NCBI GenBank assembly: GCA_944359075.1
Contig: CALVSR010000002.1
Coordinates: 1-46,310, forward strand
DNA: 46,310 nucleotides
Reading direction: 5' to 3'
Source of the DNA: an uncultured Bacilli bacterium
Lineage (GTDB): Bacteria > Bacillota_I > Bacilli_A > RF39 > UBA660
Part shown: piece by piece, positions 10,129 to 16,400 of the stretch
Layout: every line of letters begins with the position of its first letter
Position numbering within the stretch: position 1 is the stretch's first letter
Notes under the pieces: model-generated
Told to the model about the DNA's origin: nothing
Seen by the model: only the letters and a program-made list of their open reading frames with translations
Database searches by the model: none
Position numbers and translations under genes: made by a program

Positions 10129-11011
10129 CTCCTGAAAATTCTATAATAAATTGATCCAACATCATAGTGATATTTAAATTATAATTTAATCGATTCATTG
10201 TAGTAAATAAAATATCAATTTTATAAATCATACTAGATAAATCATTAGAATTGATAATAATATCTAATATTTCTCCATAGTCATGATAAATTAAATGTTC
10301 TTTCTTGCGAACGGAACTTTCATAAATAGTAATCATTTCTGAAAAAATAGTATACCAAAAATCCTTTGTTTGATAATCATTCTCTAAAATAGTAGGTAAA
10401 TAAGCAATCGCTTTATTTTTCTTACTTTCTAATAATTGAATAATTTCTACTAATAATTCAAAATTTGTAAACTCTCTCTTTGTCTGATGATTAATCAAAG
10501 TGTATATTTGGCAACGACTACGAATAGTTTCTAATACTTTATAACGATTATCTACCTCTAGGACAGCAATCACATTACCATCAGGTTCTTCTAAAAATTT
10601 TAATAAAGAATTAGCTGCTTGGGAATTTAATTTATCAGTCTGTTTAATCCAATAAATACGAGGTCTATTTTGAAGTGAAGTAGTTTTAAACCTTTCTTTA
10701 ATATCTAAGATTTGATTTTTTTTAATCCAATTACCGTCAGGTTCTATAACAACGAAGTCTGATAATGCATGAATATCAACCAAATGACAAAGATTGCATT
10801 CCTCACAATGATCATGATCAATGTAATGATTGGGACAAACTAATGTTTTAATAAAAGATAAAATCAAATCATCCTTTTCCAAATAATGATTGGTTTCAAT
10901 CAAATAAGCATGACTAATTTTTTGATGTTTTATACTATTTAAAACTTCTTCATAAAACAATGGCTGCTTGTCCTGATAAACCTCTAGCATACTCTTCACC
11001 TCAAAATGCAA
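10112..11011 (-). CDS. holB: DNA polymerase III delta' subunit
   Basis: Has a zinc-module-like CPNHYIDHDHCEECNLCH, LLKFLEEP and the SRC motif (TIRSRCQ). Synteny also fits. The start is uncertain (alternative Met at residue 8). Confidence 0.85.
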   Translation of the reverse strand: MHFEVKSMLEVYQDKQPLFYEEVLNSIKHQKISHAYLIETNHYLEKDDLILSFIKTLVCPNHYIDHDHCEECNLCHLVDIHALSDFVVIEPDGNWIKKNQILDIKERFKTTSLQNRPRIYWIKQTDKLNSQAANSLLKFLEEPDGNVIAVLEVDNRYKVLETIRSRCQIYTLINHQTKREFTNFELLVEIIQLLESKKNKAIAYLPTILENDYQTKDFWYTIFSEMITIYESSVRKKEHLIYHDYGEILDIIINSNDLSSMIYKIDILFTTMNRLNYNLNITMMLDQFIIEFSGGGKNG

Positions 11012-11186
11012 TTACTAATAACAGAACTAAAGAAAATAAAGCGGGAAAACCCAAAAAGGTAACCAATGATAAAGTAATAAAATTAATAGGAACTATTAAG
11101 TTAAAGTTGCTCCCAATCGTATTAAAACCATAAAGAATTACAAAACTAAATAAAATTCTTTTTAATAAATGAACTATTTTTTTCAT
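11001..11186 (-). CDS. bofA: BofA-family small membrane protein (pro-sigma-K processing inhibitor-like)
   Basis: 61 aa with two TM segments. NLIVPINFITLSLVTFLGFPAL resembles the BofA motif (HVPINlvT..LG.PG). Sits downstream of recR, as bofA does in Bacillus. Confidence 0.65.
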   Translation of the reverse strand: MKKIVHLLKRILFSFVILYGFNTIGSNFNLIVPINFITLSLVTFLGFPALFSLVLLLVIAF

Positions 11187-11232
11187 AAAATCATCACCTA
11201 TTAAAAAGTATGAAGTAGTAATTTTTTTATTC

Positions 11233-11829
11233 TTATTCTACATTTTTTCGATCTATCAATGCTCTTTCTAAAGTCATAGCATCTATGTATTCCATATCTG
11301 CTCCAATTGGAATACCACTAGCAATCTTAGTAATAGAAAGATTCATATCCCCTAATATTCTTTTAATATATAAGGAAGTAGTTTCTCCTTCAATACTTGG
11401 TTTAAATGCTAAAATAATTTCTTGATACGATTCTTTTTTGACACGATCTACTAACTTTTCTAATTCTATATCTTCTGGATTAATGCCCTCTAATGGAGAA
11501 ATCAATCCTTTTAAAATATGATATTTGCCTTTAAAAAGTCCAAGCTTTTCGAATAGAAAAACAGATTTCGGATCCTCTACTACGCATAAAATACTATTAT
11601 CACGAGTTTTATCATTACAAATAGAGCAATATTCTAAATCTGTTAATCCATTACAGATAGGACATCGATGAATATTCTCTTTTACTTTAGATAAACTAGT
11701 AGCAAACTGTTCTACCCGCTCTTCTTCCATATCCATAACAGCAAAAGCTAATCTCTCAGCAGTTTTCTCTCCAATACCTGGCAAATATTTAAAAGAATTA
11801 ATTAATTGTTCCAAACTACTAGGATACAT
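11233..11829 (-). CDS. recR: recombination protein RecR
   Basis: LPGIGEKTAERLAF helix-hairpin-helix, C4 zinc finger (CPICNGLTDLEYCSIC) and a Toprim region. Confidence 0.95.
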   Translation of the reverse strand: MYPSSLEQLINSFKYLPGIGEKTAERLAFAVMDMEEERVEQFATSLSKVKENIHRCPICNGLTDLEYCSICNDKTRDNSILCVVEDPKSVFLFEKLGLFKGKYHILKGLISPLEGINPEDIELEKLVDRVKKESYQEIILAFKPSIEGETTSLYIKRILGDMNLSITKIASGIPIGADMEYIDAMTLERALIDRKNVE

Positions 11830-11841
11830 CTTATCACCTAA

Positions 11842-12141
11842 CTAAAATAATCCACCGGGCATCATACTATTGAATTTACCCATTTTTTGTTCAGTCACTT
11901 TATCTATTTGTTTAAAAGCATCATTTAAGGCAACAACCAACATATCTTCTATCATTTCTTTATCATCATTAGATAAATCATCATTATTAATAGTAACTTT
12001 AATAACTTCCTTAGTACCCTTTACCGTAACACTAATAAAAGAACTAGTTCCAGTAAATGTCATATTGTCAATTTCTTCTTTAGCTTTCATCATATCTTTC
12101 TGTAATGTTTGAGCTTGTTTCATTAACGCTTGTATATTCAT
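11842..12141 (-). CDS. ybaB: nucleoid-associated protein YbaB/EbfC
   Basis: 99 aa beginning MNIQALMKQAQTLQKDMMKAKEEI and ending in MPGGLF. Lies between dnaX and recR. Confidence 0.9.
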   Translation of the reverse strand: MNIQALMKQAQTLQKDMMKAKEEIDNMTFTGTSSFISVTVKGTKEVIKVTINNDDLSNDDKEMIEDMLVVALNDAFKQIDKVTEQKMGKFNSMMPGGLF

Positions 12142-12156
12142 ATTTTCTCCTCTTTT

Positions 12157-13812
12157 CTAATTAATAGATATCATATCTTCTCCAAATAAGTCAATTGCTT
12201 GAGAAGTAATAGAATGATCAGATACCTCTTTTTTTTCTTTATGATACTGCCCTAATTCTAAAGGAATATACTGATATGAAATATTATTGTTTTTCTTTGC
12301 AATAAATTCATCTTTTGCAGTAGTCCATTCATCATTAGTCACCAAAGCAACATCATAATGTCTATTATAAATCTTTTCTAATAATTTTTGAACCTTTTCT
12401 AGTAAAGAAAATCCTCTATTAACCATAGAATCATAATCAAAAGAAATAATAACTTCTCCAGTTCCTACAGCTCTAACTATTCCATCTGAAATGTAACAAG
12501 CCGCAGCACCATATTCACTATCTAAAGCATAATCATTTAGTTTATTCCAGTTAGATTCAAAAAATTTTTTTTCTTTCTTATCTGCCCTAGCAAAACAGTT
12601 ATTAATAATTTGCTGATTTATTTGCTTTCTTTCAGAATCAGAAACTACAATCGATGAGGAAATTATTTCCCGGGAAATAATTTTGGAATCTGTTATGTTG
12701 TTTTTGTAATGTTCTAATTGAGAACTATTATCATTAACACTTAATATTTCAGGAGTTACTGAATTTTCTGATTTTTTATGATTCTGATTCATAAAAGATA
12801 ACATATTAATTTCCAAAATTGTTTTAATATCAGAAGCAGACTTAATATTTTTTAATAAATCATTAAAAACATTAGAAAAAGATAATAAAAATTCAATATT
12901 ATAAGAATCTTCATTTTCAATATAAAATTGAATACTCTTATTTTTGCACAATTGAAGCATATCTTGAATAAAAATAGCTAAATCTTTGCCATTATCATAA
13001 ATATTATCTATAAATTGAATTACCTCAGCGACTTGTTCATGATAAACACAATCTAAAAAATATTTCTTTTGCTGTTCTGAGACAATACCATTTACTTTTT
13101 GAAAATCATCCATTGAAATATTAGAATCAGAATAAGCATTTAATTTATCTAACATACCTACAGCATCTCGTAGACCACCATCCGATAATTCTGCAATTTT
13201 TTCTAATACTTCTGGATCTACTTTAATAGATTCTTTTTCACAAATATATTTCAATCTTTTTACAATATCAGAATTACTAATACGGTGAAACTCAAAGCAT
13301 TGACATCTAGAAATAATAGTGTTGGGAACCTTATGAAGATCAGTAGTAGCCAGAATAAAAATAACATGCTCAGGAGGTTCTTCCAAGGTTTTTAAAAGAG
13401 CATTAAATGCACCAATAGACAACATATGCACCTCATCAATAATATATACCTTATATTTTAATTGATTAGGAACTAAATTAATTTTACTCTTAATTTCTCT
13501 AATTTCATCCACTCCATTATTAGAAGCTGCATCAATTTCAATAATATCGGAGCTAAAACCTTGATTAATAGAAATACAATTTTCACATTTTTCACAGGCA
13601 TCTCCATTATCTAGATTAAGACAATTAACTGTCTTAGCCAGCAACTTAGCAATAGATGTTTTTCCAATCCCCCTAGGTCCAGAAAACATATAAGCATGAC
13701 ATACCTTATTTAACTTAATAGCATTTTTCAATATTTTAATAATTACATCTTGGCCAATTACATCTTCTAAAGTAGAAGGTCTATATTTTCTATATAAAGC
13801 TTGATAAGACAT
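12157..13812 (-). CDS. dnaX: DNA polymerase III gamma/tau subunit
   Basis: YRKYRPSTLEDVIGQD, Walker A GPRGIGKTS, Zn module CEKCENC, DEVHML and the SRC motif (ISRCQ). Confidence 0.95.
   Translation of the reverse strand: MSYQALYRKYRPSTLEDVIGQDVIIKILKNAIKLNKVCHAYMFSGPRGIGKTSIAKLLAKTVNCLNLDNGDACEKCENCISINQGFSSDIIEIDAASNNGVDEIREIKSKINLVPNQLKYKVYIIDEVHMLSIGAFNALLKTLEEPPEHVIFILATTDLHKVPNTIISRCQCFEFHRISNSDIVKRLKYICEKESIKVDPEVLEKIAELSDGGLRDAVGMLDKLNAYSDSNISMDDFQKVNGIVSEQQKKYFLDCVYHEQVAEVIQFIDNIYDNGKDLAIFIQDMLQLCKNKSIQFYIENEDSYNIEFLLSFSNVFNDLLKNIKSASDIKTILEINMLSFMNQNHKKSENSVTPEILSVNDNSSQLEHYKNNITDSKIISREIISSSIVVSDSERKQINQQIINNCFARADKKEKKFFESNWNKLNDYALDSEYGAAACYISDGIVRAVGTGEVIISFDYDSMVNRGFSLLEKVQKLLEKIYNRHYDVALVTNDEWTTAKDEFIAKKNNNISYQYIPLELGQYHKEKKEVSDHSITSQAIDLFGEDMISIN
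12660..12683. promoter_or_regulatory. NBS palindrome embedded in-frame in dnaX
   Basis: Core 12664-12679 is TATTTCCCGGGAAATA. It encodes the peptide IISREII in the variable tau linker. Confidence 0.6.
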
Positions 13813-13873
13813 AATCCACCTCCAAAATATACATATATTATACCATTAAAAAAGCAATAATTATAATCAATTA

Positions 13874-14317
13874 TCACCTTTTTTTCAAAAAAAATTCTTT
13901 CAAAAGCTTAGTACATTCATCTTCCATTACCTTTTCACAGATTTCCACAGATGAACCATAATTTTTATCATTCAAAATAAATGATATAATATCCTTTTCT
14001 GCATATTCTGGAATAGTTCCATAAACAAGCCTTGAAATTCTAGATTGATTAATAGCACTTGCACACATTGGACATGGAAACATAGTTACATATATAGTAC
14101 ATCCAATCAATCTCCAATTTTTTAATTTTGCACAAGCTTTTTCCAACGCAATAATTTCTGCATGCTTTATAACACTTTGTTGTGATTCTCTTAAATTATG
14201 AGCCTTAGCTATAATTTTATCATTTTTCACAATAACAGCACCAACTGGAATCTCTCCTTTAGAAAAAGCTTTTCTAGCCTCTTCCAATGCAATTTTCATA
14301 TAATATTTATCATTCAT
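13874..14317 (-). CDS. tadA: tRNA-specific adenosine deaminase TadA
   Basis: Deaminase motifs HAEIIALE and PCPMCASA. 147 aa. AAGGTGA RBS. Confidence 0.92.
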   Translation of the reverse strand: MNDKYYMKIALEEARKAFSKGEIPVGAVIVKNDKIIAKAHNLRESQQSVIKHAEIIALEKACAKLKNWRLIGCTIYVTMFPCPMCASAINQSRISRLVYGTIPEYAEKDIISFILNDKNYGSSVEICEKVMEDECTKLLKEFFLKKR

Positions 14318-14330
14318 ACATAATCACCTT

Positions 14331-14412
14331 AAAAAAGGTGCACATAAATATTAAATGTTAAGGCTGCTATTTTCCAATCCTGACCTGATTCCACCAATAT
14401 TTATTGCACCAT
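14331..14412 (-). ncRNA. ffs: small (4.5S-type) signal recognition particle RNA
   Basis: The minus strand reads GGUGCAAUAAAUAUUGGUGGAAUCAGGUCAGGAUUGGAAAAUAGCAGCCUUAACAUUUAAUAUUUAUGUGCACCUUUUUU. It contains the conserved domain IV (CAGGUCAGG...GGAA tetraloop...AGCAGCC), a 15-bp closing stem with one bulge and a 3' U-tract. It is adjacent to tadA/dnaX, as scr is in Bacillus. Confidence 0.85.
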
Positions 14413-14416
14413 AAAT

Positions 14417-14445
14417 ATAATATTATATTTTTTGCAAAATTTCAA
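14417..14445 (-). promoter_or_regulatory. sigma-A-type promoter of the SRP RNA
   Basis: On the minus strand: TTGAAA (14440-14445), a 17-nt spacer and TATTAT (14417-14422), about 7 nt upstream of the GGUGC 5' end. Confidence 0.55.
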
Positions 14446-14455
14446 TTATTTTCTA

Positions 14456-14471
14456 TGTTTCACGTGAAACA
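14456..14471. promoter_or_regulatory. parS: parS site 1 (ParB loading site)
   Basis: 16/16 match to TGTTTCACGTGAAACA. Lies ~10 bp upstream of the SRP RNA -35 element. Confidence 0.85.
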
Positions 14472-14660
14472 TCGCAAAAAATTTCAAAAACATCTCTATT
14501 GCAATTTAGTTTAACCAACCTATCATCTATAATTAAAATTTAAAAAAATCAGCATTAAAATTTAAAAGAGATATTTTCATCAGTTAATATAATAATGTTA
14601 TAATTGTTAGAATTTTAAATATATATAGAATACATAAAATTATAATAATAGTCATTCATA

Positions 14661-14676
14661 TGTTTCACGTGAAACA
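14661..14676. promoter_or_regulatory. parS: parS site 2
   Basis: 16/16 match. The palindrome extends to 30 nt (14654-14683). Confidence 0.85.
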
Positions 14677-14875
14677 TATGAATTCTTTTTTATAAATAAA
14701 AAAAGCAATCAATTTGTTTAGTTTCTATTCACCAAATAAAATCATTCTATATTAAATTTAATATTTAATAATCACAGCCAATTATATTAATCAAAATAAT
14801 ATAGTTTCCTATAATATAGGATAAAATATATAAATGAGTATCATATTAATCAAACACTATTTTCTATATAATCAA

Positions 14876-14891
14876 TGTTTCACGTGAAACA
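14876..14891. promoter_or_regulatory. parS: parS site 3
   Basis: 16/16 match. First element of a parS-DnaA box-NBS composite. Confidence 0.85.
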
Positions 14892-14892
14892 T

Positions 14893-14901
14893 TGTGGAAA
14901 A
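14893..14901 (-). promoter_or_regulatory. DnaA-box-like 9-mer TGTGGAAAA (reverse complement TTTTCCACA)
   Basis: Identical to the dominant box variant in this window's oriC. Sandwiched between parS 3 and an NBS. Confidence 0.4.
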
Positions 14902-14924
14902 TTATTTCCCGGGAAATAATTTTC
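14897..14924. promoter_or_regulatory. NBS palindrome (28 nt)
   Basis: Core 14903-14918 is TATTTCCCGGGAAATA. Its centre is 27 bp from the centre of parS 3. Confidence 0.7.
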
Positions 14925-15106
14925 ATGCAATTTCTAGAAAGTAAATATTTCTAATCTAATTTCAACACCTATAATCAAAATTTAAATACGACATTATCAA
15001 ATAATCTTTCATAATATTATTAACTCAGTCATATCAAAAATTACAACTTACATAAGTTCAAAATAATGCAAAAAATAAATATAGCATTCAAATAATCATC
15101 ATTTAA

Positions 15107-15122
15107 TGTTTCACGTGAAACA
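15107..15122. promoter_or_regulatory. parS: parS site 4
   Basis: 16/16 match. The palindrome extends over 15103-15126. Confidence 0.85.
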
Positions 15123-15472
15123 TTAATTTTTTTTATTACTACTTAATTTTTAGTAAATAAGTTAACAAAAAATATCACTACTTTTAAAAAAAAACTAATA
15201 ATTAAATAAACATAATAATATAAATAATTAATATAAATATTAAAAATCATTAAAAAATTATTTTAACAACTATAAATATATATTAATCAAAAAAGCTCAA
15301 ATTCATAATTTTAATTATAACATTTCAAATATATTCTAGTAGTAATATTAATAATTATTTATGCTCCCCATTAATAGAATCTTAATCTCATTAAAATTTT
15401 TATTATCAATAGATTTCAGGATAATAAAAATTTAAACTCATCTATCAATAAGCAATTTAGCTATATGCACAA

Positions 15473-15488
15473 TGTTTCACGTGAAACA
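15473..15488. promoter_or_regulatory. parS: parS site 5
   Basis: 16/16 match. First element of the second composite. Confidence 0.85.
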
Positions 15489-15489
15489 C

Positions 15490-15498
15490 TGTGGAAAA
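15490..15498 (-). promoter_or_regulatory. DnaA-box-like TGTGGAAAA
   Basis: Same 9-mer and same position relative to parS and NBS as in the other composites. Confidence 0.4.
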
Positions 15499-15520
15499 TT
15501 ATTTCCCGGGAAATAATTTT
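15495..15520. promoter_or_regulatory. NBS palindrome (26 nt)
   Basis: Core 15500-15515 is TATTTCCCGGGAAATA. Its centre is 27 bp from the centre of parS 5. Confidence 0.7.
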
Positions 15521-15696
15521 TACTCGATTTATAAAAAATAAATATCTCTAATCTAATTTCAACATCTATAATTAAAATTTAAACACGATATTATTGAAGT
15601 AATTTTGTATAATATTATTACCTAATCTTGCTAAAACTATAACCATAAAATTTTTAAAATATTACTAAACATAGATATATAATTATAATCTTTGAA

Positions 15697-15712
15697 TGTT
15701 TCACGTGAAACA
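15697..15712. promoter_or_regulatory. parS: parS site 6
   Basis: 16/16 match. Confidence 0.85.
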
Positions 15713-16101
15713 TTGTATAAAGTTTATTTTATTGATTATTCTAATTTTTGAACAAAAAACTAATACAAATTATTACCATGCTTTTTAATATAATGATAAA
15801 CACAAAAATAGATATAATAATGTAGAACTATTAATGAAAATATTAAAATTAATTTTCTAACAACAATATTTCAGTAACTATAAAATATATTTTAAAGATC
15901 ATAAAAAATAGAATCATAATATTTAAAATTCAGCTACAATACCTCGAAAATTAAAAATATATTCTTAGTAGTCATATTGATAGCTATTTTCTATTTTAAC
16001 CAATAAAATTTCAAATTTTACTAAAATTTTTATCATAAATAGTTCTAAGAATAATTAATAATAAACTCATCTATTAATAAGAATTTTAACTATATATACA
16101 A

Positions 16102-16117
16102 TGTTTCACGTGAAACA
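16102..16117. promoter_or_regulatory. parS: parS site 7
   Basis: 16/16 match. The palindrome extends over 16098-16121. First element of the third composite. Confidence 0.85.
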
Positions 16118-16118
16118 T

Positions 16119-16127
16119 TGTGGAAAA
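16119..16127 (-). promoter_or_regulatory. DnaA-box-like TGTGGAAAA
   Basis: Same 9-mer and same geometry as in the other composites. Confidence 0.4.
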
Positions 16128-16149
16128 TTATTTCCCGGGAAATAATTTT
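16124..16149. promoter_or_regulatory. NBS palindrome (26 nt)
   Basis: Core 16129-16144 is TATTTCCCGGGAAATA. Its centre is 27 bp from the centre of parS 7. Confidence 0.7.
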
Positions 16150-16337
16150 TATTAAATCTCTAGAAAAGTGAACATTTTTAATCCAATTTTAGTAGATTTT
16201 AACATCCATAATTAGAATTTAAATACAATATTATTAATCTAACTTTTTATAATATAATTACCTAATGGTACTAAAACTATAACTATAAAAAATTTAAGAC
16301 ATCACTAAATGTAAATATTCAATAATAATTATTTCAA

Positions 16338-16353
16338 TGTTTCACGTGAAACA
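16338..16353. promoter_or_regulatory. parS: parS site 8
   Basis: 16/16 match. Lies ~50 bp beyond the gyrA stop codon. Confidence 0.85.
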
Positions 16354-16400
16354 TTATTAAAAACTTTTGCAATTTTACTAATAACAAAAAAGAAAACGTA

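Larger units (their letters stand above)
14455..16355. repeat. higher-order tandem repeat array (period ~600-630 bp) built from parS-bounded modules
   Basis: There are four parS-bounded modules: 14456-14676, 14876-15122, 15473-15712 and 16102-16353. They share internal sequence (e.g. CTATAAT[TC]A[AG]AATTTAAA). They alternate with spacers, of which the two longer ones (15127-15472 and 15715-16097) are clearly homologous to each other. The last three modules also carry a DnaA box and an NBS. No ORF of 60 aa or more occurs in any frame. Confidence 0.85.

Noticed and set aside
14455-16355. Regularly spaced identical palindromes could be read as a CRISPR array.
   Set aside because: The repeats are 200-400 bp apart rather than ~30-40 bp, and several of the intervening sequences are clearly homologous to one another instead of unique. 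The repeat is an exact parS consensus, and no cas genes or leader are present.
14455-16355. The parS-bounded ~240-bp modules could be MITE-like mobile elements with terminal inverted repeats.
   Set aside because: The termini are the self-complementary parS itself. No target-site duplications, transposase or dispersed copies are visible in the window, and the modules are part of a tandem unit. I cannot fully exclude this without a genome-wide search.
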